Part shown: positions 11,102 through 23,150 of the stretch, one piece after another | Layout: every line of letters begins with the position of its first letter | Position numbering within the stretch: the first letter of the stretch is position 1 | NCBI RefSeq assembly: GCF_963921235.1 | Contig: NC_086105.1 | Coordinates: forward strand, 50,096,001 to 50,160,000 | Length of the DNA: 64,000 bases | Origin: Mobula hypostoma | Taxonomy: Eukaryota | Direction: 5' to 3' | The notes under the pieces: model-generated | The model's input: the letters and a program-made list of their open reading frames with translations, nothing else | What the model was told of the DNA's origin: nothing | Databases searched by the model: none | Translations under genes and position numbers: made by a program

Positions 11102-12270
11102 TATCTTCTTGGACCTACTACACAAGTGTGACAAGGTGCATCAACTTCTACTTGTTGCATCTCTTTTAGCAACGATGCCCTTAATATGTGTGCATACACA
11201 ACTTTATAGCTTGTAAACCATCCCAAGGCACTCAGCAGCAGTGCACTGAGCAAAGAAGAAACATCTATCGTGATAAGAGAGCAGCCTTGGAAGAGAGGAG
11301 TTTGTTTTTTTAAAGGAACACCTTACCAAAGCAGGGTGTGGGACCCCGAGCCCAGGAATCTAGCTGTGAAGAGAATAGAAGTCCGCAATTCCATTATATC
11401 TATCGTGTCCAAGCGTGCCTTAGTTGCTGTAACAAGTGGCTGCAATCTGCTTGAAAAGCCATTGATACCCAGAAAGGGCAGGGACTCGTACAAGGAGATG
11501 AGTTCATTATCATGCTGCTAAAATCAAGTTACACTGCAGGCCCACATGGAATTTTAAATCCGATCTGTCACACATGCCAAAAATACCAGAGTTTAATTTA
11601 GTATTTCTAGCCTGACTGTCCTAAAAGTCACATCTCGTGTTTGGGCTCCAGATAAACACAATTCAACCTGCACTGGACAGTTTCCATAGGCAACACTCTT
11701 CCTTTTGCTTGGCACTTATGTAGTCTAGTAGTTGAGCACAGACAGTTGCCCCCCCACGGCGTTGCCCTTCAAATGCATCAGAGACTGACGACAGGAGACC
11801 AAAGGAGAGGTTAAACCCATGATCTTTTGTTTTTGAATCCACGAAATGGTGAGTGAGATTCTGGAAAATGCAAGCGCTGGTGAACTTTGCCCGCTGTCCA
11901 GCTGGGAGTGACAGCGTGGTGCACCTCCTCCTGCACCTTTCCATGGAGACGAAGAGCAGGCTGACAGCCCTCGCTTCGCCAGCATTTGGGAGCTAGCAGC
12001 AGTCCAAGAGAGCCTCGGTTACAAAGCCCTCAGCTGTCAATGAAAGGCTGCAGTCAGGCCCCAATCTTAATGTAATCATTGTCACAGTATAACCAGCTCA
12101 AACCAGAAACATTCACAGTTCTCAAGTGCTGACTAATTAACAAAAGGATATCTATCTTCATGGCTGTTTCAGATCCAGATAAAATTACTTTTTGATAAAT
12201 GAGTTTCATTTCATAGAAGAATAAAAATATATGTTGAAAACCCTACGGGTGTTGCCATCTTGAAATAAAG

Positions 12271-12452
12271 AAACAAAACATGCTGGAAATACCCAGCAGG
12301 TCAGGCGTGCGTCTGCGGAGGTTGAAACACAGTGAATGCTTCAGGGTAAAGACCCCTCATGAGTCTTTGTGACCTGAAACATTAACTCCGCTTCTATTTT
12401 TGAAGACGCTGCCCGACCTGCTGAGTGCTTCCTGCATTTGCTGGTTTTGTTT
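12271..12452. repeat. Fold-back pair of Penelope-like 3' tails
   Basis: CAGCAGGTCAGGCG on the left is inverted to CTGCCCGACCTGCTG on the right; centre holds degenerate hammerhead pieces. Confidence 0.65.
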
Positions 12453-13767
12453 GATTGACCTTAGAGCAGGGTCAAAGGCTGGCACACCATTGTGGGCTGA
12501 AAGGCCTGAATTGTGATTTAGTGTTCTCTGTGTATATTCTATGTTTTAGATATTCCGGGATCCAACCAGTCAAAAAAAAAAAGCATCCACAAGGGTTTGT
12601 AAAACCACAGACCATGGATTCACTGCCAGGAGCTGCTCCCTCTGATGGGATAATCCCTCGCCCACCTCAGGAACCCAGCCTTCACTGAGGTCAGCATTGC
12701 TGCGGCCTACAGACAAATGAACAGCCTTCGTTGCACGGTGAAAACTGAAAGTGAGAGGCTGGAGAAAGGGAGGGAAGAGGCAAGAATAGCTGTACCCAGT
12801 CTGAACCTGCACACGTATGCCAGCAGGCACCAATGTGCAGTCATATCCATCCAGCAAAGTCTCACCTCAGGTCACCTGGGACTGAGGACTGGTTTGTGAA
12901 GCCTGTTGGCAACTGGGGCACAATAGCTATCGCACATTCCACTCCACCACGCAAAGTCCAACACCCACAACCTCAGGACCTCATGGACAACCCAAGCAGT
13001 CATAGACCAAAGCATTGTTCAGCTAATATACGCCAGGATCTCAGACACTTTGCTGACTCTACCATGCCAAGTCCGAGACCCAGAACCTCAGGATCTCAAG
13101 ACCAATCCCAGCAACCACACGCCCTTGCCTTGTTCCACTGTAATATCCTGGGAGCTTGGACACTTTGCCCTGGAGTGACGGAAAGTGAGCAGGAGATGAC
13201 TGTGCAAAGAACAAGGCAGTGCGCACACGTCTGGCTGGAAGTGGAAACTGGAAAGGAGCACCATCCTCAGGCAGTGAACTTTCTTGTCAGGAACAAAGTG
13301 GTCTGGGTGCCTGTGGTATGCGAGTACCCTGTGACTATTCATGACCTATCACAGAACCAACACAACAGAAGCACAAGATCCAGCTTTGAAATAGGCAGAT
13401 GAGGAGCCCCGTTACTTCAACCTTGGAAAAAAACTTTCACGTCGCAGAGGGAGACGAGCTGACCCTCCTGGGCCCTCAAGTCCGAGGGTTGGAAAGCTGG
13501 CAACCTCTGGCTCAGTGTGGGAAGCAGGGAAAGCTAACTTCAGAGTGGTTGCCTTGATGATGCTTGCAACATTGTCTCATCATAATGACCACCGTTTCAG
13601 CAGAGACACAAGAGTGACTTTTCTTGGCAACCACCGCGATCCAGGCGTTGCTATGGTCTGCGGACAAATGAACAAGCTTTGTGCACAATGAAAACTGAGT
13701 GAGAGAGGGTTCGGGGGTGGGGGGGTGGAGTACATCACCATTTGTATCAGAGACCAGCAGGACACCC

Positions 13768-13985
13768 AAGGTAGTGGTAGCAGTTAGCACAATGCTATCA
13801 CAGCTCGGGGCTGTAGGATTCGAAGTTCATTTCCAGCGCCCTCTAAGAAAGTTTGCACATGGATTTCCTCCAGGCACTCTGGTTTCCTCCCACAGTCCAA
13901 AGACGTACCGATTAGTAGGTAAATTGTCCTGTGATTCGCCTGGGTGGGCTGGAAGGTTCTGTTCCACGCTGTTTCTTTAAATAAA
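13768..13985 (+). mobile_element. HE1-like V-SINE
   Basis: tRNA-like head, then GGATTTCCTCCAGGCACTCTGGTTTCCTCCCACAGTCCAAAGAC V-domain. Confidence 0.7.
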
Positions 13986-14269
13986 GTAAAATGTATTAAC
14001 TGTGCCACAAAACCAGTATTGCATCCATCAGTGGTGGCAAGTAAAAAAAAAACTACCCCAAGTAAATAAGTGAGAAAGAATCCAAGGTTCTGATAGAACA
14101 TTTCTAAGAAGGTATCCCTCAACCAGCAGGGGCTGTAGTGTGAGCCACAAACACACAGACCCACACTCAACCCCAAGGAGACAAGGGGTTGGGGATGCTG
14201 GAACCTGCAGCCACAGGGTGCTGCTGGAACAGTAACAGTAGGCAGCAACAGTAGAGGCGAAAGTCCTCA

Positions 14270-14475
14270 GGAAGCCTGAAACGTCGACGGTCCATTCCCC
14301 TCCACAGATGCTGCCCGACTTGCCGAGTTCCTCCAGCTCTTTTTGTGTGCTGGTAGAGGAGCAAAGACAGCTGGCACTTCTCCTGAACTCACTCTGAGTT
14401 GAGACCCTTCATCTGGACTGATGAAGGATCCGGATGAAGAGTCTCAACCCAAAACATTTCCCTCCACTGATCCTT
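14270..14475. repeat. Cluster of Penelope-like tail and hammerhead remnants
   Basis: GAAACGTCGAC at 14278-14288 followed by a CAGATGCTGCC tail; 20-bp hairpin at 14398-14448. Confidence 0.65.
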
Positions 14476-14671
14476 CCTGAGCGACAGAGTCCCGTCAGCA
14501 CCTGCTTTGCTCTGCTGCAGGGAGTGCTCAAGGGGAGAAGATCTTTGGACTAATATCATCCCAGTTACCTCAACTTCTAGGAGTGTGCATTCCTCAGTTC
14601 CACTGCAGAACTGATCCGGGGCTGGGAACTGTCTAGTGCCTGAAAAGGCACATTTCACCGACAGCACTGCA

Positions 14672-14960
14672 ACATGACAGTTAGCATGACACAATCACAG
14701 TGCCAGCACTCAGAGTTCAATTCCCATCATGGCCTGCAAGGAGTGCGCACGTTCTCCCCGAGACCTCCATGGTTCCCCCTCACGTTCCAGAGACGTACCC
14801 GTTCGGCTTAGTGAGTTGGACACGTTATGTTGGCGTCGGAAGTATGGTGACACTTGGTGGGCTGCTCACCCAGCACATTCTCGGACTGCGCTGGTCGTTG
14901 AAACAAACGACACATCTCACTTTATGTTTCGATGTACACGTGACACAAAACTAATCTTAA
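14672..14960 (+). mobile_element. HE1-like V-SINE
   Basis: GAGTTCAATTCC B-box and GGAGTGCGCACGTTCTCCCCG V-domain. Confidence 0.65.
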
Positions 14961-15224
14961 AAATAAAACTAATTTTGTATTGACATGGTGCTCCATAGCA
15001 GGTGCGGCAGTTTTGTGCACCTCCTGGACTGGAATTCAATCATGCTCGCAGTGCAGCATGAAGATTGTGAGGAGCAGGAAGTGAACCCTTTGAATAAACA
15101 CTTCTCTAGGAAGCAGTGGAGGTGGGAAGCTCAAAGATTGAGCCTTCAGGTGTAGAGACAGGAAAACATGCCATCATGTCACGTTCTGCGATGGGCTACG
15201 ATGAACGCAGGTTGGACCGGTAAC

Positions 15225-15565
15225 CATAAGACACAAGAACAGAATTAGACTATTCAGCCCATTGAAGCTGTTCTGCCTTTTCATCATGGCTGAGTTATTA
15301 TCCTTGTCAATCTCAGTCTGCTGCCTTCTCCCTGTAACCTTGAACAACCTTACTAATCAACTTCACCTACCAAGTTCTGCAATGACTTTGCCTCCACAGC
15401 CATCTGTGACAATGAATTCCACTGACACACCACCCTCTGGACAAAAACTGCTCATCCCTGTTCTAAAGGGACGACCTTTTATTCTGAGTCTGTGCCCTCT
15501 GGCCCCAGACACATGCACTATGGGAAACATCCTGTCCACGTCCACTCTGTCTCGGCCTTTCACTT
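15225..15565 (-). mobile_element. CR1 3' end fragment
   Basis: ORF 15363-15563 RGHRLRIKGRPFRT matches the CR1 C-terminus seen in other copies. Confidence 0.75.
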
Positions 15566-16110
15566 CTCCATCGGTAACCTGGTGAACCCGTGCACAACAT
15601 TTGAAGAAGGATAGCTTGAAAGGTGATGCACTCTCTGGGGAGCGGGGGAAAATCAGTCTACGTTAGATCCACCCCATGACCAAGGCTAAAACAGATCTCA
15701 ATCCACCACTGGGTCCAGTGTCTGGGTGTGCCCTGCACTCTTCACAGGCCACTGATGATTACTTGGCTGTGAGTGATATCAAAACCTGCAGCCATACCAC
15801 CTGGGAGATGGCGGTCAGTCCAATAAACTCCGGTACCTCCGATGCAGGGAAGTTCAGATGCCCAGAAAGCACTTCCCTCATCCTACTGTCTTGCTGAACA
15901 ATCCAACTAGTCTCAGCCTAGCCACCGGGGCACTGCTCATCCCTGAGTGGGCAGCAACATCATCTCAAGATGCTGAGCACTATACGCCGGCTTTGACAGC
16001 AACACCCCCCACCCCGTCTCACCATTTAACAGTGGGCTCAGTTGCCATACAGAGAGCTGTACAAGAATGCACAGTGGGAGGGCACTGTCATAGGTGATAA
16101 GCACAAGAGA

Positions 16111-16285
16111 CTGCTGGAAATCCAGAGTGATGCACAAAAAATGCTAGAGGAACTCAGCAGGTCAGGCAGCTATGGAGAGGAAAAAGGGCAACGTGTCGGC
16201 TCGAGGCCCTTCATCATGGCTGAAACGTCAGCTGTTTATTCCTCTCCACAGCTGCTGCCTGACCTGCTGAGCTCCTCCAGCAATG
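16111..16285. repeat. Fold-back pair of Penelope-like 3' tails
   Basis: GAGGAACTCAGCAGGTCAGGCAGC is inverted to GCTGCCTGACCTGCTGAGCTCCTC; arms meet at CCCTTCATCA/TGGCTGAAACGTC. Confidence 0.75.
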
Positions 16286-17644
16286 CCTGCGTGTGTGTGT
16301 TACGTTGTCAGAGGCGAGCAACTTGGTCGACTGCTCCACAGTCAGTGACAATAATCTCCCCTTGTATAGCAGTCACGCTTGGACAGATGCAAGCTTTAAG
16401 AGCAGAGCAATCCGTGGCAATATCTACCCTCTATAGGCAGGGTAGACATTACCCTGTCTAGACGATATACTGAGGAACGGTAATTTCTCCCTGGGGTACA
16501 AATATTGGCCAACCGTAGTAAACTTAGATCAAAAGATCATTCATCTCATTGCTGTTATTGTGCTACAATGTCTACATAATGATACATACTGAGAGCTTAA
16601 ATTATTCATTAAGTTAAGGTCTTTTGTTGAAATGATGGAAAATATACAAAAATGTAGTAACATCTTTCTCTTCCTCTGTAAAACAGACGTCAATTTACGA
16701 ATCCATAGTTACTTAGGTGAGACTAGATTATGGCAGCCAATCCAGAACATTTAAGTACAAACCTCTGTTTTTTGTTAGAGTGAACATTTGGCTATTGAAG
16801 CAGTTCAGGGAGCTGTTTCAATTATCCAAAGATCTACTAATGTAATCCAGATTCCTTCTGTTGAAGTGCTAAATTCAGAAAACGTGGTACTTTGGAGTTT
16901 CAGTATTGTAATCCTCATTTAATCTATGTACACAGTAAGGAAAGCAATTGAGATTGCATTCACATGCATTGTGTATGGACTACAGAAACTCACCTATTGT
17001 GACTAGGTTAGTTAGGCTTGCTTCAAGTGAGATCTTCTTAAAGTCCAAACGAGTGCAAAGACAGTGTGGCTTCCATTACCCAGGGAAGATGGTTGTCAGT
17101 TATACTACAAGTTAAGGTACAAAAAAAGTTTGTGGTTTAATCCACAAGGCCTCTCTAACCTCATCAGTGTTTTCATCCTGCTGGTTTCTTTTTCAGTACA
17201 GTCATTTAATTTCTCTCAGCTGACCAACATTAACTCCATATGCATCATTCCTGTCTCTGCGGCCTGTCGCCACAAATTGAGATGCTTTGGGCTAATTTCC
17301 CATAAAACTTCTCAAACTTTAAAAAGCCAAGCTTGCTCCCACTTCATTTCCTCTTTGGCCCTGTAGACTTTGACCAGTTCTTCACTGGTGCCTTGGCTCG
17401 CTCTCTGACTGAACCATGACAAAAGAGATTAAGTTGGACAGGTCCAGACACTTGAGCATAGAACGAGAGATTATCTCACTGAAAGCTCCAAAGTTTTTCA
17501 AAGGACTGGCACAGTACAGCCAATGCTTTCCCTGGCTGGTGTCTGGAACCAGAGGACACAACCTCAAGATAAGGGGTCAACTGTTAAAGGAGAGAGAGTA
17601 AAGATCTTTTGGAATTCTCCACTCAAGAGGGTTTTGAAGGTGAA

Positions 17645-17900
17645 GTTTATTTGTTTGTTTAGAGAGACAACATGGTAACACGCCCTTCTGGCCCTACGAG
17701 CCTGCACCCCAATTACACCCATGTGACCAATTAACTTCTAACCTGTAGGCCTTTGGGATGTGGGAGAAACCTGGAGCACACAGGGGAAAGCCAGGCAATC
17801 ATGGGAAGAACACGCCAACTCCTTAGAGAGAGTGGCGGGTACTGAACCCAGATTACTGGCTCTGTAATGGCACCAAGCTAACTGCTACACTATGGCTGCA
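17645..17900 (-). mobile_element. HE1-like V-SINE with CR1-like tail
   Basis: TGTGGGAGAAACCTGGAGCAC is the reverse complement of the V-domain core. Confidence 0.65.
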
Positions 17901-17950
17901 CCCTTTAAGACAGGGCTAGATCGATCTTGGAAGATTAAGGGAAATTCTTT

Positions 17951-18729
17951 GAAGATGGTGCTGGCAAGACACGGCAACGCTTTGCAGGCAGCCAACACAA
18001 CCACTAACAATCCTGCTAAACGTACCTTTTCAGGACAACCATCGCTGAAATCCGCACCCTGCAATTTCCTGCAGGGAGGCGGGAAAACTGTCCGTAAACT
18101 GCTTTTAAACCGTCTGTATGACCTGGCATTTTGGTCACATCCTGAAATATTCAGCGAAATGGACTCTCAAGTACGCAGGTATGATTGCGGTGGCCTCTGT
18201 CGGAGCGGACTTGGGGCCAGACTGAAGTGGGCCCAAGAGTGGATAACGAACTGGTGTGTGGCCGATTTACGTACCAAGCCAGGTTAAAACGAGTTAGGCG
18301 TCGAGGCCAAGGGTGGAGGATAAGCTGGCGTTCAGCTCACCACTCCGTGAAACGTCAGTCACCCTCAGCGCTAAACCGACTCTGCAGGTGCGGCCGGCAG
18401 CCATCGGCATTCACCTCAGTGCTAAACCAAGCCCCGCAGCTGCAATCTGCAGACACTGGGCTGCTGGACAGGCCGCGGAGCTGAACCGGCTCCACGGCCG
18501 CGCACTTGCTTTCAGGGACTTTGCGGCTCATGTTCTGTGGATAGTTGGCCTGCCTTTTTTTATCGTTTGCACGATTTGTCCTTTCTTTTCCACACACTGG
18601 ATGGGTGACCTCCTTTGCGGTGTGTGGGGCGTTTCGTGCTTCTTTGTTTTGTGGCTGCCCGCAAGAAGATGGACCTCGGGGCTGTTTATTGCACACATTC
18701 TTTGATAATAACTATACTTTGAACTTTGA
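17951..18729 (+). mobile_element. Non-autonomous LINE-derived element (AAGATGG start, Rex/L2-type tail)
   Basis: 3' end GCAAGAAGATGGACCTCGGGG...TTTGATAATAA...TTTGAACTTTGA resembles the LINE tail at 26862-26940; CpG-rich non-coding body. Confidence 0.55.
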
Positions 18730-19424
18730 TAGATTTTGCAAGGTTAACAGAATCATGCGACTTTGTTTGCTGCTGGTCAATGTCACTAGCATATTGAACA
18801 GTGGAGGAGGTACGCAGGGTTAATACCCTAGTGCTGCCTCTGACTTTTATTAACCAGACCCAGTTCATTTGGACATAGTGAGCAGCAGCATTACTAGTAA
18901 ACTGGAGGCCCAGACTGATGTTCTGGAAACTCGATTTCAAACCTCAGCACAGCAGCTGAGGAAGTCCGGTTCAATGCACTCAATAGAATTAGTTGCAGTG
19001 TTGGTAACTAAAGAACTACTAGACTGTCACAAAGGCCCATTTGGTCTGATGCACTTTATGGAAGGCAATCTGTCAGTCTCGCCCAGTCCACACACGTACG
19101 TGACTCTCCCTTGAAACCAGCACGTCAAACCACTTATTTCAGCGACAATTAGTGATGAGCTGATGACGCAGACAACAACTGCTCCTGACCCTCCAACGGG
19201 CTATTGGTTTTTCCTCTGCTCGATACTGAAACTCAGTGTTACCATCGATTCCAAACAGGCAGGTGACGAGGGCAGCACCCAATAACATTTATCTCACACC
19301 CTTTAGTCTTTCACCCGTTCACATCGCATCGAGTGATTGCAGTACAGATTACAGAGGGGCTTAAAAAAAGCAAACAAGCTGTAAAGGTCAGACTCTGTAT
19401 ATTGGTAACATCATTCACCATCAT

Positions 19425-20680
19425 AAAATCACACTCCCTCACTAACAATATACAGTCCTACTTACCTGTGCTTGGCCCACATCCCTCTGTACTTGTCCTA
19501 GCCATGTACACTACTCTAAGTACAGTACAGCTAGGAGACTCAAGACTTTTGCATAGTACTGTAATTTCACTGTAATGCTGCCGCACAAACAACAAATTTC
19601 ATGGCGAATGTGAATGACGATAAGCCTGATTATAATATGGGTCTCTATAGTGGACAGAGTGGGAAGGGAGAGGGGAGGGAGCAGGAAGCACCAGAGAAAC
19701 CTTTCATAAGGATCAATAAACTAGTTGTTTGGAATCAAATGACCTTGCCTGGTGCCTCAGGGCAGTGCATGTCTGCACCTTCCGGGTCACTCCTTCTCTG
19801 CCACCTGCCTACACCCCACCCGCGGCACTTCACCGTCACTACACCCAACATCTTTCCCTCCCGCCAGATTTACAAACTCACTCTCCTCTGCATGTTGACA
19901 AATGCAGCACCATGTAAAAGTCTTCGGCACTCCAGCAATCTACTGTACATGTCCCTAAGACTTTTGCAGAGTGCTGTATCTGCCCAATACTCTTGCTGGT
20001 ATTGTACCTGCCTTGACCACTCTCTCTGACATCTGTTCCATTCACACACCGCCCCTCAGGTCCGTTTCAAATCTTCTCCCCTTTCACTGTAAACTTGTGC
20101 TCTCTAACTTTTGATTTCCAAACCCTACAAAAAAGATTGGTGCGCACTCATCCTACCCAGGTCACTGACGATTTCATACATCTCGATAAGATCATCCCTC
20201 CATCTCTTACGCTCCAAGGAATAAAACTCTAGCTTGCCCAACCTCTCCCGATAACTCAGGCCCTAGAGTCCAGGCAACATTCTCCCCAGTCATTAGACAA
20301 TACAGCACAGAAACAGGCCTTTTGGCCCATCATGTCCATGCTAACTTTAACCACACTAACCCCATTTATCCGTGTTACATCCTAATGTCCTGGGTTTTAA
20401 GCAATCGTCCCAGTGCTTCTCAATGGCTGTGTAAGTATCTTCATCAGATAGCACATCCTAATTCCAACAGTGTGAGTGAAAATATTCCCCTTCAGATTCT
20501 CTCTCATCTATACCCATGTCCTCTCGTTTTAGATACACCCTCACCAAACAATACGAAAAAGATTCTTACTATCTATCTTAGCTATCTCTCTCATAATATT
20601 CGATAATTCTACCATTTCGCCCCTCAGCCTCCACCGCTCCAAGGAATACAAGCTGTTTATCCAACCTCTCCTTGTAAATG
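19425..20680 (-). mobile_element. Two adjacent degenerate CR1 3' fragments; the first is split by the MITE composite
   Basis: YSLERWRLRGE motif in ORF 20541-20744; host CCATGTA/TATCTGCCCAA is collinear across 19509-19976. Confidence 0.6.
19509..19976. mobile_element. Composite element: MITE - cargo - MITE
   Basis: Degenerate MITE 19509-19561 and MITE 19905-19976; outer TA at 19507-19508 and 19977-19978. Confidence 0.7.
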
Positions 20681-20869
20681 AAGCGGTCCAAACCCTGTCT
20701 GAAGTAACAGCCAATCTGCTGGAGGAACTCTTGTCAAGCAGCACCCACGGGAGGACAGGATTAACGATGTTCTGGGTTAAAACCCTGCATCGGGGCTAGT
20801 GTCTCCAATCATAGTCCAAGACGTGCTCAGAAGGGGCAAGGGAATCAAACAGGGATGTCAAGGAAGGGA

Positions 20870-21215
20870 TGGGCTGGCGCCACCATGGGACTTCCTGCAA
20901 AGTGACCAGTGAGGACAGCAGATGGGAAGAACCTGGATTCACTGAAGGAAGTCTCTCGTGTCACAAGGATCATCCGGGGCCAGAACTGGCAGGATGAAAT
21001 TGACCTCTGTACCCACAGTGGAACTGGGGGGATGAGGGTCCAACACAGAGTGCCGTGGGTAGACGCCTGCCAATCGAGACAAAGGAAAGGAGGGTCAGAC
21101 CCTCGGGATGACGTGCAGCATGGGCACACACAGCAAGCTCCCACATACAGCGGTGAGACAACAGTATTCACTGTTCTACTGAATTACTGGAAAGGTCGTG
21201 GTCAGAGACCAATGA
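20870..21215 (+). mobile_element. Possible degenerate RTE-type LINE fragment
   Basis: Weak resemblance of IIRGQNWQDEI to RTE C-terminal WQDxI motifs. Confidence 0.3.
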
Positions 21216-21231
21216 GAATAATGCGCTGTTC

Positions 21232-21490
21232 CATTAAAGATTAGCTTTATTTGTCAAACGTACATCAAAGCATCCAGTGAAAAGCGTCATTCTGAGTCAA
21301 CAACTAACACAGCCTGAACATGTGATGGGGTCAGCTTGCAAGTGCCTCCACACTTCCAGTGCCACAAGTTACAAACCCTTACCGTACATCTATGAAATGT
21401 AGGAGCATGCGGTACAAACTCCTTACAGACCGTGGCAGGAATTGAACCCAGATCACTGGCACAGTAAAGCGTTATAGTACAGTGCTGCCC
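21232..21490 (-). mobile_element. HE1-like SINE, same subfamily as 14672-14960
   Basis: GGAATTGAACCC B-box complement; tail similar to 14900-14960 in reverse. Confidence 0.6.
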
Positions 21491-22439
21491 TGTCTGAGCA
21501 GTGCCACAATACTTCGTGGCTACCTGACGGACTAGGTATTAAAGGTACCCACCGCCCATTGAAGGATCCCCTCCATAGTGAAAGGAAAGGGGCTCAGCAT
21601 TAGGATAGAGGGCGGCTTCTCAAGCCAGGCTGAGGACAACTCAGCTCCAGCTCCCATTCTTTTGCCAAACCTCACAGCTCAGCTCTGACTGCTGCGTGAC
21701 TAATATTCATTTCACAGTCAGCACATAATCACCTCTCGGACGTGCTTCTCTTGCACATTCATGGTGTGTCACACATGGATGAGAAAGTCAGTGAATGCTG
21801 CAGCACAAGTGAACAGGACTGTTGAGATAAACAGGACTTTAACACCTTCCCCTGGGCAATACATCGCATTTAATCTTTTCAACATGGCAATCGCATAAAG
21901 GCGACTGCAGTAGAAAGTATTAACTTGACTAGTTAATCTTTAAACTTCCAGTAAATATTTACCAAGCAGGGATCTTGCTGAGGAGGTTAATGTCGAAATA
22001 CGAAATGGGCAATTTTAGCAGGTGGCCTGTTGTTTCTGGTACACAAAACGTTTTTGAAGCACAACTTGAACAATAAATTCTCAGGAGCATTTCCCAAACA
22101 CAGTACCAAGTTCCACTAGGGAACTTTCAGCAGAGGATAGGGTAGAGCCGAAGAGATCAAGTTTAAGGAGTGGGCTTTTATGGGTGGGTGGGGGGGTGGG
22201 AAGAGATGGTGAGAATGAGAGAACAGGGAACACTTCAGGTGGGTCACACAGAAGGCCAGAACAGGGAAGCTTGGAAATATCAATGACTTACATTGACGTT
22301 GGAAGATGGAGGGATTTGAAACCTGAAGGGAGAAATTTAAGTGCAAGGCACAGCCAGCCTGGAAGGTCACGTGAATCGGCAAGGACACGCACGGTGGTTG
22401 AGAAAGAGCTGGCTCATGGGAAGGAAGGGTTGAGAGATC

Positions 22440-23150
22440 CCGGCTAGGTCAGCTTACAGAGCGGTGCGGAAGCTGGGAGCAGAGCTCAGCATTGTGGAGG
22501 AGCGGAGGGTCCTGGGGACCACACCCACTGATCCCTCAAAGTTGCTGTGCAAGCTGATAGAATTGGGGACAAGGCGAACAGTGTGCTGGCCTTCATCAGT
22601 CGCGAGATTGAGCTTGAGAACCGCAAGGTAATGTCGCGGCTCCATAAAAAAATCTGGTTGGACTGTATTTGCAATATTGCATTCAGTGCTGGTCCCCTCA
22701 ATATAGGAAGGATGTGGAAACTTTAGAGAGGGTGCAGAGGAGATTTATTAAGGTGCTTCCTGGATTAAAGAGCATGCCTTCTGATGAAGGGTTGTGTGAA
22801 CTAGGGCTTTTCTCTTCGAAGATGACAGGTGATAAGATAAGAGGCGTAGATCAAGGGATAGCCAGACACAGAGGGCAGAAATGGCTAATACAAAGGGATA
22901 TCATTTTAAGGTGACTGGAGGAAAGTACAGGTGGAATGTCAGGGCAAGTTTATTTTTCCCTCACACAGAGTGGTGGGTGTGTGGAACGCCCTGCCAGGGG
23001 TGGTGGTATAGGCAGATACATTAGGGGTATTGATGAAACACTTAGGTAGGCACGTGGATAATAGAAAAATAGAGGGAAGGATTAGATTGATCTTAACAGT
23101 AGGTTCAAAGGTCATAACAACAGTGAGCTGAACAGCCAGCACTGCGGTGT
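22440..23150 (+). mobile_element. CR1 3' fragment
   Basis: YCIQCWSPQYRKDVETLERVQRRF in ORF 22669-22914. Confidence 0.8.

Noticed and set aside
12833-13402. 189-aa ORF
   Set aside because: No recognisable domain, non-ATG start and no splice support; likely chance or decayed repeat.
13768-13830. tRNA genes at A/B-box-like motifs
   Set aside because: These are SINE heads continuing into V-domain sequence; no cloverleaf is evident.
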